A DNA stretch of 64,000 bases from Flaccisagitta enflata (taxonomy: Eukaryota). The notes beneath the pieces are model-generated. The model was not told the DNA's origin. It did not search any database and saw nothing but the letters and a program-made list of their open reading frames with translations. How positions within the stretch are numbered: the stretch's first letter is position 1; each line of letters starts with the position of its first letter. The DNA lies in the NCBI GenBank assembly GCA_965153355.1, contig OZ231126.1, positions 24,862,001 to 24,926,000 of the forward strand, given 5' to 3'. Positions 1 through 12,464 of this stretch are shown here, piece by piece. A program made the position numbers and the translations under genes.

Positions 1-270
1 TTTGGTGACAGATTTTAACTTATGTATTATCTATTTGCAGCATAATCTGAGAAAAAAACAACACCTTCCTAAAAAAACAATTTTTCTTAAAAAATAGATG
101 TTCTTTCAATATTTTGTTTTCCCCTCACCTTTTCCATACTATGATCTGAGCTTTGACATGCAAAAACCGTCACATATTACCAATATTCACTGAAAATTTC
201 AGGACTTTTTTCCTAGCGGTTTAGGAGCTATAAAGGTTTTGCATTTTACAGTCCGATCCGAAGACGGTGT
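1..270. mobile_element. Right part of a MITE-like interspersed repeat
   Basis: Similar copies occur at ~51665-52478 (interrupted) and inverted at ~45221-45385. Ends ...GACGGTG followed by TA. Confidence 0.7.
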
Positions 271-869
271 AAAGAGCAGTACTACATTTATGTATAAGCT
301 AACTGTTATGCCTTTTTACCGACCAAAAATGGTAAAAAACTACCAAAGAAGAGAAAGTATAAGGGACTTTTAACACATTTGCATCAATCAAGGCAGCAAC
401 AAGGCCGGCAACAAGGCCAGCAACATGGCCAGCAACAAGGCCAGGTAGTCTTGGATGGCTCCACAGGGACAGTAATGCAAAACAAAAAAAAAAACACACA
501 CACACACAAATCAACAGTGTTACAAACAGACGGACCAAGCAACTGTCTAACAGACAATGAGTCCTCTGTCTGTGAAAAAAGTGGTGATTTAGGTGGGGAA
601 GGAGAGAGTTTCAGTATCTTGCCATCATTGGTGTATGAGGAGTATGAGAAGGTGCCTAGATGGATATGAACTCTATCAGGCCGCCATATTCATCGGGTGT
701 TTTCTTGTAGTCTGTATATCTCTGTGGTCTGTGTTGACAGGAAATGGTTACCCTTTCTTTGCAGTGGGAGTATTTTCTGAAAAAGTTTGATGAGGCCAGA
801 TTAAGAGCTGCAAAGGCTCTTGTCCTTTTAATGGATAATTTTGGTGGTAATGTTATCCAACTTTTATAA

Positions 870-1373
870 CAATCACTTACAACATGGCATATTGTAGTAT
901 GAATTACTTTATCAGCAATCATTGCAATAAGCATCCCAGCTGCACTTGATGCACATTCTGCCTCAACCAAAGTTGTTGTTGTTTTTGCTGAAAAAGGCCT
1001 TTAAAAGTAACTTATCTAAAGGTATTTTTGTGAAGTCTTGAGTCAAATAGATATTTCCAATTCAGCATGTGTCTTTGATTCTGGCTGTATCCCATCAGTT
1101 CAAGGTAATTGTCATGAACAGCTTTTACATATTTATATGTATAGAATTAACATTTTCTGAAGATTTTTTAATCATCCAAATCAAAAAAGAGAAGAACAAA
1201 AGCTTTGTACATACTTGATATGGATATTCCTCAAAACTGGACAAAAAATGAAGAGAAATGTTAGAATTTTCACTGCTACTTACTGCTAGCAGCTCAAAAT
1301 CTTCTGCTAGCAGAGCAGTTTCAAATTACTGCTAGCAGCTCTGCTAGCAAATTGCCTGCTCGTGCGAACACTA
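870..1373 (-). mobile_element. Decayed hAT-like transposon remnant
   Basis: The minus-strand peptide LVEAECASSAAG resembles the hAT dimerisation motif SVEAERAFSAAG. Terminus GTGCGAACACTA with clustered subterminal CTGCTAGCA(G) palindromes at 1284-1349. Confidence 0.45.
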
Positions 1374-3655
1374 ATTCTGTAGTTAAAGTGATTTATAAAT
1401 GAGAGCAACTCTAGTAAAACAAACGAATGCATTCTTGAAAAAAAACTGACTGCAAAAGTCAAGAGTTGGAGACGTTACAGGGGGTGAATCCTGGAATATC
1501 TGAGCGAAAGTTCAAAATTTTAGCATGGAAAAGAATAGCATGATAAAATGCCCGTGGATGTCAAATTGGTGTCTCAGTAACCTCTACATTGGACTTTAGC
1601 AAAGCCGGTTCCATCAATTCCCGTTAACTTTGTTAAACAAATATTCATGAAATTATTTCAGCTGTACCGCGCTTTGTCATTTACACTTTTTCGATGCCTT
1701 TGATGAAAGAGATCTGCAGATTTCCCTATTCAGTGTTCGCTATAAAGCTCTTTTTATGGAAAAAGATCAGAGGGCATTCAAATATAGGAAGGGTTTTTCT
1801 TTAATCTAACATCGCTAAATGAAGTCAAATGATAATCATCACTGCAATTGTAGTGCTCATTGTCTTAAAGGTCTTCATTGTCAATATTATCATCACCAAT
1901 GACGTCCAATGAATTCTTTATACTGATTTTCTTTAATAATGTTGAATCTCCCTTGTCTGGATCGGCGTCGAGACGAACTGGATGTGTAGAAATTAAGAAT
2001 TCATGTTTGTAAACCGTTTCAAGTATAGTCAGATCTTAAGAAGGGCTGATCTAGGCCATTATCAAGCTTAATAGTAAGGTCTGTAATTTGACTTTATTTT
2101 GCGAATGCTGGGGATTAGGGAGTATTAATCTCACCATCGACAGCAACTGTCATCATGGAGAAATGTTTGTTCTTCTCAAGTTCCCGTTGGTCGCATTACA
2201 AAGGGATTAATGGAATTAAACTTAAAAAAAAAAACCAGAAGAAAAAAAATTTCGAGTCAAGCTTAACACTATTTTGCAGTTTGAGGATATTTGCTCGATC
2301 TTTAACCCAATCTTAAGAATCGGCCAAAGCAATCGCTGATGTAGGGCGAAACGAACGAAGAGGCTAGCTCGTTGTGTACGGGTGCACAAAGTATATATAC
2401 ATAAAAAAAAAAAGAGAACTAAACCGACGTTATAACTTGCCTGAAACAATCCGTTTCTTTCCCCCTTAACCTAACCTCTTTTTTAGCTCATTTATTCATA
2501 CCGTTACATAATTCTTTACAGAATTCTTTACAGAATTCTTTACAGAATTCTTTTCCAACGGATAAAAGCCATTGCCGACCCATGCTTTTTTTATAGCGAC
2601 AATTTTTCTGGATGAACATAAAAAATATAACTTCATAATTGTGATTTTTTTGTAGATTAGCATGTACAAATGTTGTTTCTTTTTCATATTCGCTGCAACA
2701 TACAATGGATGAATAAATAATTTTCCTGTAAACATTCTTATTGATTATTTAGATATGAAAAACGGCTTTTTTATATTGTGTCATTTTCTAACATTAGCAG
2801 ATATTCCGTTGCCTTAGTTATGTTCATTTAGGCCTGAGTAGCTAGATCTTACACTATAACCCTGTCATCACCAAAAAAATCTTTGTTGGGCCTGAAGTCT
2901 TCATTTGAGAAATTTTGATTGGTTCTATCTGGAAGCACAAAACCTACCGTTATTACATGTAAACTTTTATTACATTGGCTCCAGGCGTTTGGCTTTCACA
3001 TGATTTTGAAGTTTGATAAAATCTCAAATTTGACCTTTTGAAAGTGAGAAATCTGATGAAGAAGCTACCCATACTTGAAAAAGTGAGAAGAAAGATCTGA
3101 TTTGGTGCTAAGATTAACCTTGGCATTTTTCGATGAAAAAAACATGAATTTAAAGTTATAGGGGTCTGGCACAATAAAGGTTTTGCTGGTAACACTCGCT
3201 TCTGGTGGCAGGGTATGAGCGGGAAAAAAAAGCTCTTGAAACCAACAATGGTCCAACAATGGTCCAACCGAAAATCTCACATTCAATAACATTCAATAAC
3301 ATTAATTAACATCAGCTCCATGGAGCAGAAACCGTGCGGAATCCACCATAAGGATTCCGGTTTAATGATGTTTCATATTTGACTTAGATAGCTCCCTGGA
3401 TTAGTAAAAAAGGCTCTAGGTATATAATTGTTTTTAGTGCATGTGTCTCTGCGTAGTTTTATGAGTTTCTGGGTTGGACTTGTTGCGTTGCATGAACACA
3501 TGGACGTATCATTTTACCTCAGAGCTTCTAGAAAAAAATTCAGTTGTTACTTCCGCGCAAAAATCTCAGATGAATCAATTGCCGAACCGGTTCTTAAGGA
3601 AATGATAAAAAGCGAAAAAAAAAAGACGAAAATATGAAGGACGAAAAAAATGTGT

Positions 3656-3749
<94 letters not shown>

Positions 3750-3764
3750 ACTTAGAGGAATTAT

Positions 3765-3984
3765 TAGTCGCGTGCTACGCGACTCTACACCCCGCTTGGT
3801 CGGTCCGTCCGTCCGTCGGTCCATCGGTCCGTCCGTCCGTCCGTCCGTCCGTCACACTTTACTTTTTTTGAGTTTTTGGGATTTTTAGCTTCACTGCTCC
3901 TGCCCAAATGATCTGGTGACCTCAATTACAGCCCCTGCCCACCCGCACGCGACTGGGGTATCCGTGTATATGTATCCGGCCTTG
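3765..3984 (+). mobile_element. Helentron/DINE-1-like non-autonomous element (family A)
   Basis: 5' AGTCGCGTGCTACGCGACT palindrome, (GTCC)n core, 3' subterminal GCACGCGACT and a terminal GTGTATCCGGCC hairpin with T-rich flanks. Other copies at ~5833-6602, 14968-15143, 15728-15940, 20318-20520, 36103-36305, 50240-50457, 58374-58587. Confidence 0.75.
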
Positions 3985-4303
3985 TATGATTAACTAAGAC
4001 TGTAAGACAGGAGCATCAAATGTGAGCATCAAATGCCGGGCCGGAATCCGTTTTTGTCTTCACTCCTAATGGCCATCAAGGGCGTAAATAACATTGGCCA
4101 AGAGCAAAATGTTGAATTTTGGCAGCAGCAGACAATAAGTCAAAACTTATCAATGACACTAGGATCACCGGAAGCTTTCCGGGCACAAGGAGAAATGCGC
4201 CAACCATCTAAGGGCTAACGGAGGAAAGGACTGACAGGCACAGTAGCTTATAGATTTGCTTCGATGAGACAAAAACAAGATCAAAAACAAGTGTCCGACC
4301 GGT

Positions 4304-4310
4304 TATAAAA
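4304..4310 (+). promoter_or_regulatory. Candidate TATA box of copy A
   Basis: TATAAAA about 110 bp upstream of ATG 4417. Confidence 0.35.
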
Positions 4311-5224
4311 AACGATCATGAAAAGCCGGAATATTCTTATCAAAGAATTACTTTCTCGAAAAAGTCTTAAGTCGATACCCACTTCTCATTTCATTCTTCG
4401 CCTCCGAAAGACGAAAATGAACAAAATGGAGATCCCTGCTTGTTTTATTTTTCTCATTGTGACGGTTAATGCGTTCTCCTTGGGTGAGCTAATTGTTTCT
4501 TAAAGTTCTTGATAAAGTTTGGATGGCAGCACGAAACTTATATTCTAAAGTTGTTGTGACTTTATCCATTATTTGATGCTAGAAGATGGATTTCAGTGAC
4601 ACATTTTTTTAAACCTGACATGCAAAATCAGATGCAATTCGTGATCTAATCAATGGAGAGCTTGAAACAAGGCACTATGATGAAAAGATCACCCTTCGAG
4701 AATACCTGGATAACCTGGAAGCGGTGAGAAATGATAATGCTTTGAATTGAAATGTGGGTCTAGTTCAACATCAACAGCCCTTTAAGCAATCTGATCGATC
4801 AGTTATATTTCACGGGCTAAAAAAATATAACAAAATAAAATTCTTACTGTTTGTTGTTGGAAAAAAGCCGAATTACGTAATTCGACTTCTTGAAATGTAG
4901 GGGAGAAATAAAGTTTTCAATTTTCATTTGGGGCAATTTTTGAAAGTTGTGCCATTTTCCAAGTGGGATGATACATTTTTTGATATTAACAGTTAAGAGA
5001 GAGCTAATTCTTTCTTTCATATGGCACCAACCAGAGGTCTCTAAGATCAATATTTTTCGAGCTATGATTTTTTTTATCTTTTTTTATTTTTTTGCATTTT
5101 CGCAAAAATTGAAATTTTTCATTGATCCTGATTTTTGGCCTTATGTGACAATGATAAAAGTCAGGATGTTACACAAATTGATTCCCAACTTTTATGACGC
5201 TAGCTTTGATGTTTTATGTTGCTT

Positions 5225-5306
<82 letters not shown>

Positions 5307-5317
5307 AAAAAAAAAAA

Positions 5318-6599
5318 CTAGTCATCCAAGGATCGCACATGGTCAGCGGTACCCGATGCCCTGCTGAGTGATCCAGTGAAGAAGTGGAGTGAGAGCAGGG
5401 CAGCGGCACCAAAGGGCCAATGTCCTGTAGAACACAGGGGGGAATTTCGAGACGTCCGTCCGTCCTGAGGGGGCTCTAGATGGCTGATTTATGCCACTGA
5501 AGGCATATCTGAGGGTTGGAGGGCATAATTAAGGCTTGGAGAGCAGATTTGAGGTTTGGCGGGCTGGTTTTAAGTTTGGAGGGCTAATTTAAGGTCTGGA
5601 GGGCAGATTTGAGGTCTGGGAGGCAGATTCAGGGCATGGGAGGGGGCTGATTTGAAACCAAGTGGGCTGATTTTAAGCCTGGAGGGCTAAATTGAGTCCT
5701 GGGAGGGCTAATTTGAGGCCTTGATGGTCAACGGGGGGGGGGACGGACGGAAGGACGGACAGAAGGACGGACGTCTCGAAATTCCCCCCTGTGTTCTACA
5801 GGACATCGGCCCTTTGGGGCCGCTGCCCAAAAAGGCTGGATACACGGCTACCCTAGTCGCGTGCGGGTGGGCAGGAGCAGTGCTGGACATCTGGGCAGGA
5901 GCCGTATGCTCAAAAAAATCAAAAACGCCGAAAAAGTAACAAGTCATCCAAGGATCGCACATGGTCAGCGGTACCTGATGCCCTGCTTAGAGTGATCAGG
6001 TGAAGAAGTAGAGTGAGAGCAGGGCAGCGGCCCCAAAGGGTCGATGTCCTGTAGGACACAGGGGTAAGCCGTTACATACGTCCATCTGTCTGTCCATCTA
6101 AGAGGGCTGATTTAAGGCCTAAGAGGGCTGATTTAGGGCCTAAGAGGGCTGATTTGGGGCCTAATATAGCTGATTTGGGGCAAAAAAAAGCTGAATTTTT
6201 ACCTGAAATTTTGGGCCTGAGAGGGGTGGTTTAGGGCTTGAGAGGGGTGATTTTGGTCCTGAAAGGCGTGATTCTGGACCTGAGAAGGGTGATTTTAGGC
6301 CTTAGAGGGGTGATTTTGGGCCTGAGAGGGATGGTTCAGGGTTTGAGAGGGGTGATTGTGGGCCTGAGAGGGCTGATTTTAGGCCTGAGAGGAGTGATTT
6401 TGGATCTGAAGGAGCCTTTTTGGGGTCTAAGAAGCTGGGGGGGGACATGCAGACATACGTACAAAACGGCTCACCCCTGTGTCCTACAGGACATCGGCCC
6501 TTTGGGGCCGCTGCCCAAAAAGGGGACCGACCAACCAACCAACCAACGGATTGACCGACGGACCAACATAGCGGGGTGTAGAGTAGCGTAGCACGCGAC

Positions 6600-6602
<3 letters not shown>
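5318..6602 (-). mobile_element. Nested cluster: two family-B elements (5318-5830, 5940-6518), the second inside a family-A element
   Basis: Family B has the inverted repeats GGGCAGCGGCCCCAAAGGG / CCCTTTGGGGCCGCTGCCC around a ~21-bp minisatellite and the terminal GTCATCCAAGGATCGCACATGGTCAGCGGTACC. Confidence 0.75.
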
Positions 6603-6686
<84 letters not shown>

Positions 6687-8507
6687 AAAGAAGGAGGAAG
6701 AGAGACAAAAAGCGACAAAAACACTGAATTTGGAGAAAAATCTAAGTTATGAGAAAAAGATAGAAAGACAGACAATCTGAGTTATGAGAAATAACAAAAT
6801 TGTCAAATTCTCATAACATAGAATCTGACTTATGAGAAAAGTGCAAAATTCTAAGTAACGCGACTTAGAAAAATCTGAATAACGAGATTTTCCCGAGAGG
6901 GAGAGTGAGAGAGACAGAGAGAGAGAGTCAAGTAAAATAAGTTCTTTTTAAAGGAAGAAAGAAAGGATGAAGGGAGGAAGGAAAGAAGGGAGGGAGGAAA
7001 GAAGGGAGGAAGGAAAGAAGGGAGCAAGGAAAAATAGGAGGGCGGGTTAAAGCAGCAGTATATTTGTGTGTAGTAGTTTGTGTAATTGTAAAACAGAGCA
7101 CGCTATTGTTGGCATGTTAGAATGTTGTTGATGCTGATAACACATTCTAGCAGCAATAAAGTGCACCTGCAGGAATATTTACTTCATAATAAAATTGAGA
7201 TAATGCAGAGCTAACTTTTTTTTTCAACTTTTTTTTCCATCATTTGCTTTTTGGACAAACACATTTTTCTTGAAATAAAACTTTTTTCTTGGATCACCAT
7301 TTTTGAGCAATGTCATTGCAAAGAAGCATTAAAAAAATTCAAAGCATGAAACACATGAAAAAAAAAAATCAACAAAGGAAAAATTCCATCTATACGACTT
7401 TTTTCCTGTCGGCGAGAACCGCCTTTACTGGTAGTCCTTGTATCAATTCATTCATTGATAATGCTAGAATTTCTCATAACAGCCTCATCCACTGTTTCGG
7501 GACCTGATTGCTCGTGACGCAGAGGTGGGTCCAAACTGTAGTGCCATTTGCCAACACCCGAAACCTGTAGAAGGAAAGTGCGCTAGTGATAAATGGGCGC
7601 CCAATTACGAAAAAGTGGATGGCTGTGAATGTCTTACCAGTTACAAATGCTGCGAAGAATCCTGCAAACCAGTGAATATCAAATCCTGCTGGGGATCTGC
7701 TCAAGAATACAAAGGTGTCTTTTTGTTTCATTATGTATGACTTTAAAACGGGTGACCAAAACCCTTTAGATAGTTGAGTATGATGAAATTATAATTCCAC
7801 ATAATTCATTCATCCATTCAAGATTTTATCTCCAGGCAAGAAAATTGGCAAATTGGAGACTGACTGTTGTGGTTGTGATGTTGTCAAGTGTGAAGACTAA
7901 CAACACTTGTTGGCTACCAAGATGCCACGAGAACCAAAGTGACGCTCCAGCAGATCAAGTATGTTCTTTTTGTTTTGTTTTTTCCTTTTTTTTTTGGTTT
8001 CTTTTCTAAGCCAATTTCCTTTTCATCTGTCAGTTAGACACACACAGAATATCTTTGACAGATACATTTACTTTATAGGTCATTTCCAGGGATATAGTAT
8101 CCATTACGACTATGGTCAAGGTTTTTTCATATCTTTCCATTTGTAACTGAATCCACCCCTTTAAATCCAGACCTGTGACCCAAGATGTACAAAGGATACA
8201 GTGTCAAAAACGCATTGTAAATTTGAGCACAACACCTGCACTCGACTCCCCCAAACTGAGGCTGATTGTCCGAGGGGACAAGCAGACTATGGAATACGAA
8301 ATCTAACTTGGCCATTGAAATGTTACAAGGATCCTGTTGAGGTAAATCCTAGAAGTCTTTTATTTCTTTTCTTTTTTTCTTTTTTTTTTTTTTTTGTTGA
8401 TTTGCGTGGTAGATTACCGCGCGAATCAAAAAAAAAAAAAAAAAAAAAAAAAAAAGACGCACTTTTAAATGGTTAATTTAGCCAAAAAAACTTTAAAAAA
8501 CTAAAAA

Positions 8508-8746
8508 CAAGGCCAACACTTTACAGTGGGTTGTTAAGACCATAAGACTTAAGGACTAAAAGACCAAAAGACTAAGAAACTAAATGTAAACTGACTTGAA
8601 TTAACTTTAGATAACTTAGAATAACTTAAAATGACTTAAAATGGTGTAAAATGATGAAAAAAGTTAAGTGTCTCTGACAGACTAACCGACCGACCGACCG
8701 ACAAATGGACAGAGTGGGTTGTTGAGTCGCGTGCACGCGACTAAAA
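8508..8746 (-). mobile_element. Family-A variant carrying an (ATGACTTARA)n 10-bp array
   Basis: AACAAGGCCAACAC...GCACGCGACTAAAA. Related copies at 26088-26446, 60329-61237 (interrupted) and 62776-63172. Confidence 0.65.
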
Positions 8747-10251
8747 ATCTTAGACCATTTTATAGCCCTTTGAAAGTACTTTCCTTTGGCGCCAATCTGG
8801 TATCGCTATCTTTTTTCATTTAGAAATAGCATCAGAAATTGGTTCGAATTATTTCTATATCTCAAACGGTTTAGGAGCTAGAGCTTTGCAAAGAGAAGCA
8901 CTATTTTGCTAAAATGCATTTTTTACATAAGGATTGCAAAACCGAAATAGGCAACATCTGTATTATCAAAATAAAGAGGTGCGTCTTTTTTTTTCATTTC
9001 GCGTGGTATTTCCGCCAGTAAGTGTGTGTTCCCTTTGAAGCTGCTGCCCAAAAATGACTGATTGTTATGACAATCCAGACAACAGACCCTGATGGCGGCC
9101 ATTACTTCAGTGAAGTAACTGGTGGATGCAAAGCTTGTTTCAAATGGAATCGTGACAAGAAATCCTGCGGCCGCTGCAAGACTCAACTGCCATAAATACG
9201 GAGAACATGCCATGGACAAAGCTTGCTTCACAAAGCTGGAAGATAAAGGTGAGGAAAAGTTACTGTTGGCCTTCTTTAGAGCGCTTGTCAAGGAACGAGA
9301 TCAAATCATGCCATAAGGTGAAGCCGCTTGATTGCCACTAAAGAAATAACTATAACTATTAGATGCTTGAGGGGACAGAAAATCTTGTGCCTTACCGTTA
9401 CAGGCTCTGGCGAGGTTAAAATGCAGGCAAAATCTGTCTCTCAGTTCATTTTTGCCACCTTGTTTCTAGAGGCTTTTACCCACGGAAACAATAAAGGAGG
9501 CCTCAGTTAAAACATGATTGAGTGAACAAACACAAAGTAGTAGATGAGTTGATAAGGAATTTGGTCAAAAGCAAAAGCCAAAGAATCCATAAGTAAAAGA
9601 AGCATGATATCAATGCCCTGTCTTGCATTACTTACTTTATGATAAGTGTGATTTCATCGGTTCACTATTTAAGATCTAATCCCATATCCGATAAGATACT
9701 TGGAGAGCCGATTTCAGAGCCAGTTATTCCCCTGCAAAAATCTTATATTTGGTCGCTGTGGTGGTCAGGCGACGTTGACGCTAGCAATATAGTTTCTGAC
9801 AAAAAAAATTCTGAACTAACCTCATTTTCCTCTACAGACAGTTGCGGCTGCGACAAGGCTGAATGCGTCCTTACTTCCAAAGACGAACCTGATGTAAGTG
9901 AGCACTCAAAGGAATAAAGGATGCCGCAGCATTGTAGGGATTCATAGATCCTTTGAAGTTTATTATTACATTGTTAAGAAAAGAGATCTAATAACAAAAT
10001 AACGATAAACAAACCCTTGCTTCTTACTAGGAATTCCCGCAAGAGTGGTTATGCCCCAGAAATCACGTTAAAAAGAAGGGAGTTTCCATTTGCATGCGGA
10101 AAAGAGATATTTGTCTTTCCTGCCCACCTTTGGTTGAGATCTCTCCAAGTGATTGTCCCAATGGAAAGGTTGAAATCATCAAGGATTGCAATGGATGTGA
10201 AGAGCGACGGTAAGAAATATTGACTTTTTGATATCACTTGATGCTTACTAC

Positions 10252-10376
10252 TAGGGATGTGGAAGCGACTGACCGCTTCCAGTTTGGTGGGTGGGATATC
10301 TACTAGTGTTTGAACTGCAAAATGGAAGCGGAAGCGGTGGAAGTGGCATAAAAATCGACCGGTTTTCACATCCCTA
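10252..10376. mobile_element. hAT-type MITE, 125 bp
   Basis: TIR TAGGGATGTG / CACATCCCTA with a perfect 8-bp TSD CTTACTAC (10244-10251, 10377-10384). Relatives at ~41064-41190 and ~48760-48811. Confidence 0.85.
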
Positions 10377-10526
10377 CTTACTACAATCAGTTTGAAGTGA
10401 AATTTGTTACCTCTGCAGTTGTGTGCAAGCTACTGTTCCTACAAACGGGTGTAAATGTGGACTGTATACACTAGACAAACTACAAAATCGTCTTGTTTGT
10501 GGCTGTGATCCTGCAGGTCAGATCTA

Positions 10527-11138
10527 CCGGGTCATCAACCTGAGATGCCGGATAAAGTTAAGCTTTTACTCTGAGATGCCACATATTACGGATTTCACAC
10601 TGATTGTCTCTTAAAGAGTATAGAGTGACGTTTTTTGTATCAAAATTTCATCAAAATTGGTCAAGTAGTTTAGATTTTACATGTATTTAAGTAAAAAACT
10701 TCCTTTCTGCCACTTCTGTTTTTTGATGGGAAAATGGAGGAACAATATTTTTCCCTATCCTCTCATTTTGCAATGTTTTGAGTCAGAGACACAACATTAG
10801 TCCCAAATAAAAGATTATTTGACAAATTTATGAAACTTCATCAATTTTTTTTTTCATATTTGACCATTGACAAGTTCCCAACTCAAACTGTTCAAAATAG
10901 AGAAAAAATTGAAAGTGCTCTCTTTCACGATTTTTATTGAAAATTCTGCCATTGAGAGAAAATTAGTTTTTACTTTAAAGACTTGTAAAATCTAAACGCC
11001 TCGACCGATTTTGATGAAATTTTGATACAAAAAACGTCAATCTATGCTCTTTAAGAGACAATCAGTATGAAATCCAAGATATGTGGCATCTCTGAGTAAA
11101 AGCTTAACAGAATCCGGCATCTCAGGCTGATGACCCGG
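10527..11138. mobile_element. Tc1/mariner-type MITE with ~150-bp TIRs
   Basis: CCGGGTCATCAACCTGAGATGCCGGAT... / ...ATCCGGCATCTCAGGCTGATGACCCGG, TA on both sides. Confidence 0.85.
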
Positions 11139-11280
11139 TAAAACCACGACATACATTTTATGTTCATATTCTTTTATGAATACATTGTTATTAGAGCATC
11201 ATTTTGCTCATAGATTTGAATCAGTTTTAGTTGACCAGAATGTATGAATGGACAATAATAAACTCTCATTTTCTCTTTAG

Positions 11281-11723
11281 TGTCATGCAACATGAATCCA
11301 ACCCTCATTGAATATCGAGGACGTTTTGGTGCCGATTCTATCTCTAGTAGACATGGAGTGGAAAATGCTTTCAAACCACAAGCAAGCAACCTGCCATACG
11401 CTAGTGACAAGGTCCCGGCGACAGCTTGGTACAGATTCACTTCTAAGAAGGTCGTATCTAGGATAAGTATTACCTCTAGAAAGGCACGATGGTGGTCGGA
11501 TCAAGCTCCCAAGTCGATCACCGTTGTTGCATCTGATGATTGCAAAACATGGAAATTCCTTGGTTATTGGGATGATCTTGGATTCAGTGCCCCTGCACAA
11601 ACCAAGACCGTTGACATCCCCTGTGATCGTCAAGGATCGTACCAATGTTATGGAATCAAGACCCTAGCAATACGAGGAGGAGGCCCACACATCTCTTTCG
11701 TTGATGTCAAAATGTATGGGTAG
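11281..11723 (+). CDS. Terminal exon of copy A, F5/8 type C / galactose-binding-like beta-sandwich domain
   Basis: Acceptor ttctctttag at 11271-11280 and an open 147-aa frame. The pattern NAF..ATAWYRF..ISITSR..QAPKSITVVASDDCKTWKFL..QTKTVDI..YQCYGIK..ISFVDVKMYG resembles discoidin/F5-8C domains. Recognised by eye, no HMM run. Confidence 0.7.
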
Positions 11724-12464
11724 AGCGAAACCAGAATGTCTCAGTTGTACTGATGTATCGTGATGGATGTTGAGGGACATAATTTTTCAAGTTTCACGTT
11801 TCACGTTTCACGTCCGGCCCCTAGTATACCTATATACATATGTGCGTTTTTTTTCTTTGCCATTAAAGATCTGAGGTTGTACAACTGTACCTGGTTTGTG
11901 ATTACATCCTTCAAATAAGCAAGAAGGATCAACAAATTACGCAAAAGTTATCCAGCTTCAGAAAAAAATTCTATCCAAACTTATTTAGCTGAAAGAAAAA
12001 CTTGATGAGTTGATAGGTTGAGATGGAGGTAGAATGCTGGAGTCTAACCATGACCAAAAAAGAAATAGACGCTCAATTTCCATCTTTTAATAAAAAACCA
12101 GTCATACTTTTCACAAAAAATCTATGAGCATTTAAAAGAGCTTCAAAAACAGAAATTTGTAACTTAAGACGTTTAGAAATGACATAGGATTAAAGTTCAA
12201 CACTTACTTTTCAAAATGCCAAAAAGAGCAGGTTTCAACAAGACACTTTTTGATTTACTTTTTCTGTAGAATAAAGAAACGAAATGAATGAATGAATTTT
12301 AGGTGAAAATGAAGTATATCTAATTCTCCACAAGATGAGACCAAGCAAAATTCATGATTCCTCTTCGTTTAAAAGCTGTATCAATTTGAAGCTGGTTACT
12401 TTAAAAAAAGACAGATTTTTGCAGTTATCTTTCAAATATCATAACTTCTAAAGTTTTGAGGCTA

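Larger units (their letters stand above)
4417..11723 (+). pseudogene. Copy A: secreted Cys-rich scaffold plus C-terminal F5/8 type C (discoidin)-like domain; frameshifted, probable pseudogene or null allele
   Basis: Ten GT-AG exons: 4417-4483, 4632-4723, 7483-7714, 7836-7958, 8171-8341, 9079-9248, 9838-9893, 10031-10209, 10419-10516, 11281-11723. Exons 1-9 align exon-for-exon with copy B; exons 2, 3, 5, 7 and 8 have identical lengths (92, 232, 171, 56, 179 nt). Exon 4 lacks 92 nt, giving an in-frame TAA at 7898-7900. Exon 6 lacks 14 nt, giving a TAA at 9193-9195. Signal peptide MNKMEIPACFIFLIVTVNAFSL. Confidence 0.85.

Noticed and set aside
379-669. Gln-rich 96-aa ORF
   Set aside because: Non-ATG start, driven by a short 12-bp repeat; no supporting exon structure.
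1440-2200. Higher-complexity stretch that could be coding
   Set aside because: The frame I translated had many stops, the ORF track shows nothing here, and I recognised no motif.
9122-9316. ORF-track 64-aa protein as an independent gene
   Set aside because: It is the frameshifted exon 6 of copy A read across the 14-nt deletion.
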